A stretch of 63,441 nucleotides of DNA, counting the filler, from Cercozoa sp. M6MM (lineage: Eukaryota; Protista; Endomyxa: Ascetosporea): assembly GCA_040357565.1 (NCBI GenBank). It is 9 parts of 9 records of this genome, joined end to end, with 100 filler letters (N's around TTAATTAATTAA, not from the genome) between each part and the next. Parts side by side here need not be neighbours in the genome. Positions count along the whole stretch, not along the records: positions 1 to 18,807 come from JBDODJ010000225.1; positions 18,908 to 23,402 come from JBDODJ010001125.1; positions 23,503 to 26,408 come from JBDODJ010001677.1; positions 26,509 to 28,202 come from JBDODJ010001952.1; positions 28,303 to 43,191 come from JBDODJ010000319.1; 4 more parts are not named here. One strand, 5' to 3'. Positions 18,023 to 29,251 of the stretch are shown in pieces. The translations under genes and the position numbers were made by a program. The number at the start of each line of letters is the position of its first letter. The stretch's first letter is position 1. Below the pieces are notes generated by a model that did no database searches, was not told the DNA's origin, and saw only the letters and a list, made by a program, of their open reading frames with translations.

Positions 18023-18499
18023 TGTTACTGCGGCTCAATGGCCCAATCAGTAAAGGAAAGGAGAGACTGAATAAATCATTCAATTAGATAAATTGTCACC
18101 CAGTTGAGTCAACGTTAGAACTGAAGGTGAAATACCCCTACCGGGTCTCGAAGTAATCCCACTGGATCTTGACCGAAGGAAGACGTTCTTGGTCGTAACA
18201 ATGTGTTGAAGAAAGAAAAACTCCGCCTGTGAACACACGACGAAGTGTGAGTGGAATGGAAACCAGCCAATGAGCTAACTGACCAGGCTGAAGCCGTGAC
18301 GGAGCGTTCTGCTTCTCTGCAAGGACTCTGTCCAGGCAAGATCTACAGCAACAGCAATCCACTGAGTCAGTATATAGGTCTCAGCGCAAGGTACCAAGCC
18401 AAAACACGCTTTTAAACTCTTTCCAGTCTCAAACTTGTTTGAGACATAGATTATGACCTTCACGGGTCAGAGCAATGACTACTGAAATGTGCAGTAACA
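18023..18499. mobile_element. Solo-LTR-like element (477 bp), copy 2 of the 6601 family
   Basis: Perfect 9-bp terminal inverted repeat TGTTACTGC...GCAGTAACA; near-TSD CGTA/GGTA; homologous to 6601-6970. Confidence 0.65.
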
Positions 18500-18623
18500 G
18501 GTAGGAAACTAATAAATTAAGCTAAATCGGAGACGACACATACAATCGACGTCAGCGCAGTGCATGCACAGCGGGCGGAGTCGAGCTTGAGCGGGGCATG
18601 AGAAAGAAGCGAACGTAAGAAGG

Positions 18624-18718
18624 TTACTCGAGGAAGTCGTCGTCGAAGTCAAAGTCGTTGGAGTCGTTGATGGAGACGCCAAAGCCATCGCCCTCGAAGT
18701 CATCATTCGAGAAGCTCT
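18624..18718 (-). CDS. Terminal exon of a gene (acidic C-terminus), truncated by the contig end
   Basis: (TG)n intron then cag|SFSNDDFEGDGFGVSINDSNDFDFDDDFLE*. Confidence 0.55.
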
Positions 18719-18719
18719 G

Positions 18720-18796
<77 letters not shown>

Positions 18797-18807
18797 ACAC
18801 ACACACC

Positions 18808-18907
18808 NNNNNNNNNNNNNNNNNNNNNNNNNNNNNNNNNNNNNNNNNNNNTTAATTAATTAANNNNNNNNNNNNNNNNNNNNNNNNNNNNNNNNNNNNN
18901 NNNNNNN
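18808..18907. other. Artificial contig linker N44-TTAATTAATTAA-N44 (also 23403-23502, 26409-26508, 28203-28302, 43192-43291, 46058-46157, 55407-55506, 59978-60077)
   Basis: Identical 100-nt unit eight times; the central 12-mer puts stops in all six frames. Plain N gaps also occur at 47849-47858, 58017-58026, 60389-60488 and 61862-61961. Confidence 0.98.
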
Positions 18908-18936
18908 CACACACACACACACACACACACCACACA

Positions 18937-18999
<63 letters not shown>

Positions 19000-19002
<3 letters not shown>

Positions 19003-22000
19003 AAGGGTGAAACGGAGGAACTGCGTACTGCTCCAATTCTGACGGTGTCAGTTGCGGCACTCGGCCCCGTTTGCGTAGCGACTACGCGATCCAGTCGTGT
19101 ACAATGTAGTGCATACCTTTACTTTAGACAGTACGTATACTAAATCTATACTACTGTATATTGTTATCAGTCGTATTGAAAGCAACTCACGGGCGCATCA
19201 GGCGGCGCAGCAGGCGGCCGGCGTCGCGTGCCGTCGCTTTCGCCGAGCGTGCGCATGAGTTCGATCAATTCAAAGCGACGCCGCGCGATCTCGTCGCCGT
19301 CACCGCTTTGCTTGGCCTGTTCCCATATCGTACACTCTGTCTAGTGACATAGAGTGCACAGTCAATTCAGTTCGACCTGCTTGAATCGCTCGCGAGCGTC
19401 GAAGATGCCAGTGTCCTGACGGAAGGAGTTGTCTCAAGCTTGGAATGGAACCTTGTGTGGTATACTGTCCAAATACACTGTGCAGTCGGTACCTCTGTCT
19501 CGAGACTGGCAGGTGCTTCAAGCAGAAAGAAATCCGTTGCTTCTTGAAAAAGCTCTCGCTCGCCCGCTTGTGTTTCAATATCTTCCACACTGCATGTATC
19601 CGGTACTGCACAGTACCAGTCTATCTGTCAGTCAGTGTCCTACTGTACCTGACATCCCCACGGGCACTGCTCTCTTCCTTGGCGGCCTGCATAGACTCGC
19701 CTCGTTGGAGACGACTCTCCATCATGCGGAGTGCCCACATGTCACTCAGTCGCGGTTCGTTCTCCTCGCGGTTCTGCGCGAGCTTGCCTTGCGCCCTGCG
19801 CACATGGGATACTGACCTTTAAGGCAGCTAGGCTTCAGTGTACTGACACTGTACCCAAACACATGCCGTTCCATCACGCGCTCATGCGCACTCGTGAGGG
19901 CGCGCAGACGTGGACACACCTGGCTTAATGAGTCAAGGTGCACAGGTGACTCCAGAGTTCACTCAATCTTCTGTACGCATTACATCGAACTTGAGTCGAC
20001 GCAGAAGGTTGTACAACACGTCGTCCGACGTGGCATTCGACACTGCCACCACACGCCTGGCCCAAGGAAAGTTGGCTCACGCTTAGTGACAGGACAGTAC
20101 TGGGTGTACGGAGTGTACCGAGGCAGACGAGTACGCAAAGCTTCCACCTCGAACAAGTCGTGTCCATAGTCGCCTTGATCCCTGGCAGTTTCAGTTTTTT
20201 GCTTTGTTCGATTCGACTTGAATGATACAGTGTATGAAATACACTTTACACTCAACTCACGTGTCCAGTGGTCTGGTCAGATCGACGAACTGTTCGACTG
20301 TCTTCACGCGCTAGGTCCCAAAACTGTAGACTGACTGGAACAAAAAAACTAGCAAAGCAACATACACTCAGTTCGGCTGGAGTGGGACCCTGTGTTCGCT
20401 CCAAAATCCAGTGGGACAGTCGCTTGGTCAGTTCAAAGGCACGACGTCTGGACTCTGAACTGTCCACTCGCTCGAGCTCTGTCTGGGCCTGTCTCGTTCA
20501 TTGGCCCACAGTACCAAAGCTTCCAGTATTATTATGGAGACCTTGCTCAATCCTTATACCTCTAGGTACAGCGTGTACAATTCCTGCAACGACGGGTCTT
20601 CACTGAGTTCGCTGGCTTCGCTAGCAGCATCGGTACTACCCTCCTGTAGGGTAGGGTACAAATTTACGTACAGTCCAACATCCATTTAATCAATACTCTG
20701 CACAACTGAACTGTACCTCTGCCAGAATGCTCTGCAGCTGTGCTTCGAGTTCCTCCGACAGCCGCAGATCCTCCGTGTTGAATGCGTAGCTACTCAGACC
20801 AACGAGGAGTGAAAAACCAGTACGCAAGTATTCCCGATTCGACCTTACGTGTAGTGCATCTCTTCGGCACGTTCGAACATCTCAATCGCCTTTTGTTCTC
20901 GTGCGCAGGTTTTGCTTTCCTGAGAATGTATGCAAACTGAAAGGTAAGAGGGTTGGACTAAGGGTACAGTACCTCTGGGTCAGTGTGCGAATGTTCAGGG
21001 TGCCTGCACCAACCGGCATGCAATAGTTCGCGATGTGCCCTCCAGAAGGACGGGTCATCTCGCGCCCGATGAGTCAGTTTGGCCAGTCTGCGTCTGCGCA
21101 CATGTTTGAATAAGTACTGTTGACAGAGAACAAGCTTACAGTACAGAACAGTTACCTTCGGGCATAATCGTGCTCCTTTTTCTACTCCCCGGGTGTCGTG
21201 AGTTTGTAAACATTTCGGAAAAGCGAGAAAGAGAAGAACGGTCAATTTACAATCATTTGGCGTCGCAAAGTGGCCTCAGCACCAGCTAGCTCCAAAGGAA
21301 AGCCCAGGATCATCTCCAGAATCTGTACGTTGACTCGACACATGTAGCTGCACAATTGTACAACAACAGTAAGCACAGTAAGTACTATGGGCGTGTGTGA
21401 CACAATGAGTACCTTTGCGCCTGCGACTGTGCGAGTTCAGACATCGTTGTCTGCAAACAACAAGTTCAGCTTAAACACTCTGAAAGTGAAATCAAGATAT
21501 AGAGCCTACATGTGCAAAGTCGAGTGCTCGCTGCAGTGCATGCTCCTCGTGGTAACGTTTGCGTGTCAATTCCATCAGTTTGTCCAACTGGCGAAATTTG
21601 AAAAATCCTCTGCTTCAGTTGAACTGAATTAACTGAAGGGAAACCTTAAAACTTACAATTTTCTCCTTGAAGGCAGCTGGTTTGTTTTTGACAAAAGTTT
21701 GCAATGATTGCATCACCGGCTCCTCCACAGGAAACGGATTCTCTGCTGCTGGCTGATGTGTCGCCAGCAAATGTCGCAGCTCCTTTAATTTTGTAATTTT
21801 TGACAGCATTAATATCGGAGTCTTCGGAGGTCAAGAAGGTACTGTACCTCTTGTTCAGTTGGAGACAGTTCCTCCTCTTCCTCCTCGACAGGCAATCCTC
21901 TGCGTGCCTCATTTTCTTTTGTTTAGACTGAGATACACTTTAAACTTAGTCAGGTACTGTATAATGTAACTCACGAGAAGGATGCATGGATTGGACTGCC

Positions 22001-22190
22001 GGGTGGTAGAGGCGGGGGTAAATCCTCCAAATACTCTCGCAGTGCCAGATACAATGCCCGGTCAGAAAATCCGTGCAATGCCACCGTATCGGCACCCAAG
22101 ACACGCATCGATATCGCGAGCAGTGCCAATTGCAACAACATCGCAGGTCACGGTAGTTTTACAAAAACTAGAGACTGCCGACTCAAACCG
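19000..22190 (-). CDS. Hypothetical multi-exon protein (boundaries approximate)
   Basis: Run of coding-like minus-strand exons (KENEARRGLPVEEEEEELSP, MDSSESRRRAFELTKRLSHWILE, RLSDMWALRMMESRLQ, MEDIETQAGERELFQEATDFFLLE) separated by short GT..AG introns. No family recognised. Confidence 0.5.
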
Positions 22191-22419
22191 CATCAGTGTA
22201 TAAAAAGTATCGGAACACGTGTGTGCCTCGCACAGTTTGCCCAAACTCGAATCAAACTCAGTCGCAGCAGAAGAACAAAAAAGAAAGAGCCAGTTTGCTC
22301 TACTTTTTCAAACGGATGGACTGTACAACGTATATAGTACCTTCGTTCCCCTCTGCCCATTACCTCCCATGTGCAAGAAAGAGGTCGGCCGGAACGAAGC
22401 AAAAAAAAACTAAAAAGAG

Positions 22420-22492
22420 TGTACCTGGTGGGGATTGAACCCACGACCTTTGGTGTGTAAGACCAACGCGATAACCACTACGCTACAGATAC
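22420..22492 (-). tRNA. tRNA-Val(TAC)
   Basis: GTATCTG/CAGGTAC acceptor stem, D-loop AGTGGTTA, anticodon arm TTGGT-CTTACAC-ACCAA, T-arm GTGGG-TTCAATC-CCCAC, followed by oligo-T Pol III terminators. Confidence 0.97.
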
Positions 22493-24059
22493 TGTCGAGC
22501 TACCGCCTGACTGATATACTGCCATGAGCACATGCGCCCCTTTTGCCATGCATCACTGTCGGTGGACTACTTGCTCCATGGGCCAATCCAGCACAGGATC
22601 CATTATTGCCGCGGACAATGTACGTGGGGGATGCTGCGGACGTTGACAAGTAAATTAGACAATTTTACTGTATTGGTATTCCATGGCACTGATTGTTTTG
22701 GTCTCCCGATGAAGACGACCATTGAACTGAGCGGAAAGCTGACGGCAAAGTTCTTCTTGGCCTGTCACTGCGACTTTTACTAGATGTACATTGTACTGTC
22801 AGCAAAAACCAACGGCAAATATGGTACTCATTGTTAGACGACCTTGAAGAAACGTCGTCAAGCACGATCTTCGAAATCCGTCGCGGTGCCCGGAGCGCCG
22901 GGACAAAATGAAACGCCCTATTCGTAATACGATGACGAATAGTATTACGAATAGTATTCGTAATAAGAATGATAACAAAAGTTATTTTAGTGGTTGTGTT
23001 TGTTTGAAGTTTTCACTTTGTGATTACTAATCGGGCCGCGTGGTAAACACCTGAAGGATACTTCGTCGACCAAGACTTCAACCCTCCGTGACATCTGCCG
23101 TGACATTGACACTGACTGATGGGCAACCACTCGACGATGCGCGTGACACCTCGCCTCACGGGAAGCCGCATCGTCCACGCGGTGACCTGGCTCTAGCTTC
23201 TGACCTTCTTTGTGTGGGAGAGCTGGAAATGTTGTTCTCACTTGCGAGACCAACACTCCCTCAGCTGGAGCCTGCGAGGCCAAGCTCGAGCAAGTTCAAG
23301 ACAATATCCAACTCAGTGCCGAAGACATGGCAATCCTCAACTGCCAGGAAATCCGGGGTTGGCCATGAGCCATCCTACGGATCCTGACCCCCCCCCCCCC
23401 CCNNNNNNNNNNNNNNNNNNNNNNNNNNNNNNNNNNNNNNNNNNNNTTAATTAATTAANNNNNNNNNNNNNNNNNNNNNNNNNNNNNNNNNNNNNNNNNN
23501 NNTGCGTGCTAATAGCTGAAAGCCTCTCAAGCTAGAAGCACGGCTGGTAATTTATCGTTGCCCTTCTTCCGTCTCCCTCGCCTTCCTTCCTCTTGTCGTC
23601 CGCCTTCCTCGCTCTTGTCCTTCTCCACCAACACGCGGTACCTCAAGCACATCGATGCTTTTCTGACGGTTTGAAGCAATGCACCGATGGCAGACAAAAG
23701 CTCGCTTGAGGTCGCCGCAGAAGTCGGCACCTTGCGCATCCCGGCTCGGCGCTGATGTAATCTAAGTTGCCAAGATTACGGTGCTACCAGAAACACGATG
23801 CCGATAATACTAAAAGTACTTAGGGCACACTGGTTTGTCGTTTAGTGCAAGTGATCTCAAACAAATCCTATCGCTGGATTAGATTTAAAGGTTTTTGCTA
23901 TGTAAACTTAACCATATATTATATAGCGTAGCTCATCGCGTCGCACGCACGCATGCATGATCGTCATTCGCGCGCGGTGATATCGACGTCATATGCAGGC
24001 GACTTCCAACCGGACGTCGAAACAGAACTCTCCAGCTCTGCAGCGGGCGCGGGAGGTGC

Positions 24060-25925
24060 AAAGTCACGTTTCCACTTGACTACACTTGCACACAGGGACG
24101 TTTCGAGAAACACGTGACGTTGAACGGAGAGTTGAAACTACGTATCCATGTCTTCGCATGAGCATGTCGCGGCTGCGAGTTGCAACGTGTCTGCCGATGG
24201 GTGTAGGCAGGACTGTGCACAAATACATGCAAGGTCCCCCTTTGACCTTACCGCAAGGAAACACAAGCAAGGGTACAAATCAGCGTCGCAAAAGAGGCGC
24301 TGTCGGTGCACACGAAAGGGACAAGAGCGCGCCGAGAACAACTCTCCAGCGCGCCAGTGACGAAACGGTCCAGTGGTCTTGACGGTCACGTGCACTTGTC
24401 CATCTCGATGCAGCAAACCTCCCGGGACGCATGCCACAGCAAGTAGAAACTTGGCTAACAGCAAACGGTTTTGCCGCACACTCTCCAGGTCGTACTGAAC
24501 ACAAACACACCAGACATTTTGCACAAGGAATCGAGAAACAACTAAAGCAGCAGTAACTTACCTCTCCGTGCCGAAATCTTGAGCTGTCGCCAAAGTGAGG
24601 AAAGTTGAACACAATGTCCTACAGTACACATACGCGCTGCCACAAACAAACCAGACTGCGGTAAATGCGGTACAGTAAATGGTGCGTGGGACACAATGGA
24701 GCACAGTTGCTGCGAATTGCGGCGCAAAGCTGGCGGCAGAGGTGGCTACACACACATACACACGTGTGCGCGCGCACACATATCAGAGAGAATCCCAAGC
24801 GACACATGTTACAGTGAAGTGCACCAGTTGATTCAAATAGTCACTTGCTTCTCTAAACAGGATATCTGCAGGCGAGTCATTGTCCTCATTGTATTCTGTT
24901 GGGATAAATGGGGCACGTGTTTGCACAACGCCGATGTCACACAGCTGCGGGAGCAAAGCAACATCGAGTCCGAACAGAAGTGTGACCTCACGTCTTTGCA
25001 AGAGACGCATGTGCTCTGCACTTTGCGCGTGTCGCTGCTCTGTCACTTCTCTCGACGCTGCCTGAACAAATGCATCATACACACTCATTTAAGAGGACAC
25101 ACCTGCACTTACGAAAGTACAGCTAAGGCACAGGTGTAGTCGCGCACAGCACCCCACCAGCTTGTCGTATGCAGGATCCTGCGAACAATTCCGCATTTGC
25201 ATTGGTGAACCAAGCACACAAAGAAGCACATACCTTCTCTTACAAGCGACTCGGCAAAGCTAAAGTCTCCGGCACCGATCTCAAGCACTAAAAGGCACGA
25301 GCACTCTTGTATATCGAGCACAACAATTGTTTTAATACCTCGAGAGTTCGAGCGAAACAGGCGGCACGGACATGGACGACGTACGTGCGGAACTTGTTTT
25401 CGCCTCTTTTTGCGTCCGCGAGCAAGCCATTGTGCCACTTGTGAGGCTACGCGCTGCACCGATTTCAAGCACTACACACTGCACGCATCAATTTATACAG
25501 CATACAAGATGGGCTACCTGATTGCGCAGGCGAGCGGCGGCACAATATGCAAGCAACTCGTCGCCGCGCCTATGTCCGTGTGGACGTGCTTGTGACTCAG
25601 CGGCGCTGAAGTAACGCGCGTATAAGCAAACTCACTGTGCGTGTATTGAAAGTGTACCCTTTGGTTTCTTCACTCCAGCCGGCGCTCAACAGTTTCTGTT
25701 CGCCTCCGTATGCTGGCAGCATCGCACGGATATCAGCACACCTGCTTTAACGAAAAGAGACACGACTGAATTACCTTCGCTGAGGGTTTGTAGATCGCTC
25801 TCATCCAGAAACAGCACAACCGCATCGACTATCCACGAAAAAGCGTGCAGCATCGCATATAATACTTGATTACGGCCAGACATACGGACGTAAGCGGGAG
25901 TGCATTCTGGTACAACTGAAGGCAT
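24060..25925 (-). CDS. BMT5: BMT5-like / DUF2431 25S rRNA (uridine-N3) methyltransferase domain protein (ends approximate)
   Basis: Exons VLEIGAGDFSFAESL, VTLLFGLDVALL, DIVFNFPHFG, SVRQNRLLLAKFL...GQVHVTVKTTGPFRHW and YTHRQT match DUF2431 motifs (VGEGDFSF, GVDAT, FNFPH, IHVTLK..PY..W). Confidence 0.85.
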
Positions 25926-26237
25926 TCAGATGTAAGATAAAGCACGATTTAGTACAAGGAAAACGCCTCAAATATGTCCAGACAATAAGCCATTTCGTGG
26001 ACAATTACAGGACTCGCAGCCGGTCTTTTTGGACATATTTCATGGACAATTAGAACGACTTTCTTTAATAAATTGCATCTGCTCTTTAATAAATTATGAC
26101 ACAATTCTTCCGCAAGCGCTTACGAGTTAACGCACGGATTCAGACCAGTGCTGAACTAAGGTTACGACCAACTAAGTACGTAAGAAGCTGGACAGGCGTT
26201 GGTCTGACTGTGTATGTGTGTGGTGTGTGTGCGTGCG

Positions 26238-26271
<34 letters not shown>

Positions 26272-26363
26272 TGTATGACCGAGTCGCTCGAAACAGACGC
26301 AGCTGCAGTCTTCGAGGTACGCACACACACACCCGCACACATACACACAACTTGACACACGCA

Positions 26364-26408
<45 letters not shown>

Positions 26409-26508
26409 NNNNNNNNNNNNNNNNNNNNNNNNNNNNNNNNNNNNNNNNNNNNTTAATTAATTAANNNNNNNNNNNNNNNNNNNNNNNNNNNNNNNNNNNN
26501 NNNNNNNN

Positions 26509-28182
26509 CCGCCGTGTCGCCCTTGGCGCTTCGCGCGAACGCGAGTCGGGGGTAAAGGGGGTAGGGGGCAAAGGGGAGATACGTAGCCGCAGCTGCAGCA
26601 GCGTCGGAATCGGCGCCGCAGCATTCGGCTCGAACACCTGTACAGACGCCCTTAAGTACCCCACCGTCGCCCCCTTAAGTACCCCATCACACCCTTAATT
26701 TATTAAAGGGACCTTGGAGACATCGAGTTGCGCGATGTGACCGTTTTTGAGCGACACAAAGATTCGACTCGAGTCGTCCGACCACGCGAATCCCGGGTAC
26801 ACTACACAGGTCCAAATGTACGGTACGGTACGGGTCCGTTTGTGTAGCCACACTCTGTAGCCATATTTGTAAAGTGGACGGTCCATATGTACCGCCCGAG
26901 GTGGCACTGGCCTCCTGCTGATCGAGTGCCAGGTCGCGACTCACGATGCGTTCCTCGCCGCTATACAAGCACAGGTGTCAAAGTGACCACAGTGACATAC
27001 GGCCGATCAATGTGACCACATGGTCGATCATAGAACGATCACAGGACGATCATAAAACGATCACAGAACTCACGTGGACAGACGACGCAGCACGAGCGCC
27101 GTGTCGAACTTGACGCGTCGCACGAAGGCCAGCAAGTCACCTGTCATACCCCCCAGTCAGTCAGTCAGTCAGTGATGATCCCAGTCAGTCAGTGATGATC
27201 CCAATCAGTCAGTGATGATCCCAGTTGACACCAGTGGACACATGCGCACTCAGACCGATCAGTACCGTTGGGCGACGGCTGAGGACGCGCGGCGCCGCCG
27301 TAGCCACCTAGGACACGGGGGGGGGGGGTAAGGGGGGTAGGGCGTAAGAGGTAAAGGGGCATAGGTGAGCGTAGGAGGTAAGGGGGTAGGGGGATATGGG
27401 GGGGAGGGGGGGTAAAATACCAGCCACAGTGGAGACTTGTCCGTTGTGCACTCGACGGATCTCGTAGATACCAGCATGCGGATCCTGCAACAGAATGGTA
27501 CCAAGTCAATCAGTGGTGCCAAGTGACTTAAGCGATCACTGATCGCTGCACGTGCTCACTGGGACTGAGAGGGTGAACAACCTTGTTGTACTGCCAGACG
27601 CCGCCACTTTCGTCGCGTCGGTTCAGCGAGAAGAAAACGCTGCCGTCGGCGGCGTAGGCCGGCTCCTCCGGACCTGTCGCAGGGGGGGGGGGGGTAAAGG
27701 GAGGTTGGGAGATATACACATACATACATAGGTACATACATATATACATACATACAAACATATATATACATACAGACATACATCAAGATACATACAACAT
27801 ACATACAACATAAGTACATACAACATACACACAACATACATACATACATCCATAGACATACATCCATATACATCTTATACATAGACATGTCTAGGGTACC
27901 AATCTGCGAGTCCGAGGAGGTGCGACCGACGAGACGCGTGCCACGTTGGATCTCGCGCGTGCGCAGAAACTCCGCCACGTCGTATTCCCACAACTCGCCC
28001 GATCCCTGGGGGGTAAACAGGAGGTAAACAAAAGAGGGGGTAAACGGGGGGGGGGGGGCTAAAGCAACCATGGAGCGCTCGGTGTAGTAGAACTTGACGC
28101 ACACGACACGTGTTCCGTCGGGCGACCATGTCGGGTTGGCCAGCCACTGGTATCGCTCGTCCGTCACCTGGACCGTCTCGCC
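26509..28182 (-). CDS. TolB-like/PD40 beta-propeller region of a PD40-amidohydrolase-type protein (internal fragment)
   Basis: VTDERYQWLANPTWSPDG..KFYYTERSM|GSGELWEY, GPEEPAY, WQYNK|DPHAGIYEIRR, GGYGGAARPQPSPNG|DLLAFVRRVK, GEERIVSRDLALDQQE, VYPGFAWSDDS follow the motif order of bacterial PD40-amidohydrolase N-termini. Confidence 0.8.
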
Positions 28183-28302
28183 TGCACAGTTTTCCCTTTA
28201 CTNNNNNNNNNNNNNNNNNNNNNNNNNNNNNNNNNNNNNNNNNNNNTTAATTAATTAANNNNNNNNNNNNNNNNNNNNNNNNNNNNNNNNNNNNNNNNNN
28301 NN

Positions 28303-28379
<77 letters not shown>

Positions 28380-28398
28380 CTGGTTATAAAAATTACAT

Positions 28399-28989
28399 CA
28401 AGTGCGACCCAGGAAATGCGACGCAGATTCTCGTCATAAGCTCGTTGAACCAACGACACTGCAAAGGCACGGACAGAAATACACTGTGAGTCAACAAGAC
28501 AACAACACGAGAAAACCAAGACCGAACTGTAAATTTACTCAGAAGCGCCTTTCCGATGCCCTTGCCGCGTGCTTCTGGCAACACGAAAAGGTCCTCCAAG
28601 TACAAGGTGCGTCCATCCCAGGTCTGAATTGAACACCCAATGAGCGTGAATTATTATTAGGTCAGGCTCAGGAAGCAAGTAACACCGAAAAAGCGTAATG
28701 GAACAAGGCGATTCCAACGATATCGTCGTTCAGCTTTGCCAACGTGCACCTCACCTGGTCGAATTATTATGTCAAACACCCAAATAAATGGCAATCAATG
28801 AATACATGCCAACGGGAGCCTTCAGTTGCAACACACCAGTCCATCGCGCATGCTGTCTTGCAATTCCTCAGTCGTGATCTTGACGCGGCGGGCTTCCTCC
28901 TTCTCGTACACGGCGAGCTGGATCACGAGGTCGCGGATCTTGGCAGCATCTTCGACAGTCGCATCGACCAGCACAAAATCACGCGACAT
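28399..28989 (-). CDS. Diamine/thialysine N-acetyltransferase (SAT1/SAT2-like GNAT), 3' end lost at the contig edge
   Basis: MSRDFVLVDATVEDAAKIRDLVIQLAVYEK...IVGIALFHYAFS|TWDGRTLYLEDLFVLPEARGKGIGKALLS...ISWVALD. Confidence 0.9.
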
Positions 28990-29251
28990 TCCTCTGCTCG
29001 TTTTAACGTCTGCAAGTGTTGAAACTAAAATTTGAGGCAGTTAAAGGCAGTGCCGCGGCACAAAAGCGTACGGCAGAAGATGATTCATGACATTTCATTT
29101 CAGTGGGTATTTTTGCTTTCTGGTCTGACAAGTTTAGAGGTTCACATATGCGCTGTATAGTGCCCCATTCAATGCGAGTTAAAAACAGTAATTCACTCCT
29201 AAAATACAACATCAGCGTGTCAAGATCGATCCGATCGATTGGTCGGTCAGA

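Noticed and set aside
18852-18863. TTAATTAATTAA repeated at eight loci, as a possible biological motif or regularly spaced array
   Set aside because: Always centred in an identical N44/N44 pad: an artificial six-frame-stop linker.
19606-19648. Intron with terminal inverted repeat (GTACAGTA...TACTGTGC-AG), suggesting introner elements
   Set aside because: The two neighbouring introns I checked lack TIRs and share no sequence family; GTAC/CAGT richness explains one case.
22698-22840. Myb-like remnant (WSPDEDDH* ... SWP ... WYSL)
   Set aside because: Needs a stop and frameshifts over a very short match; not distinguishable from chance by eye.
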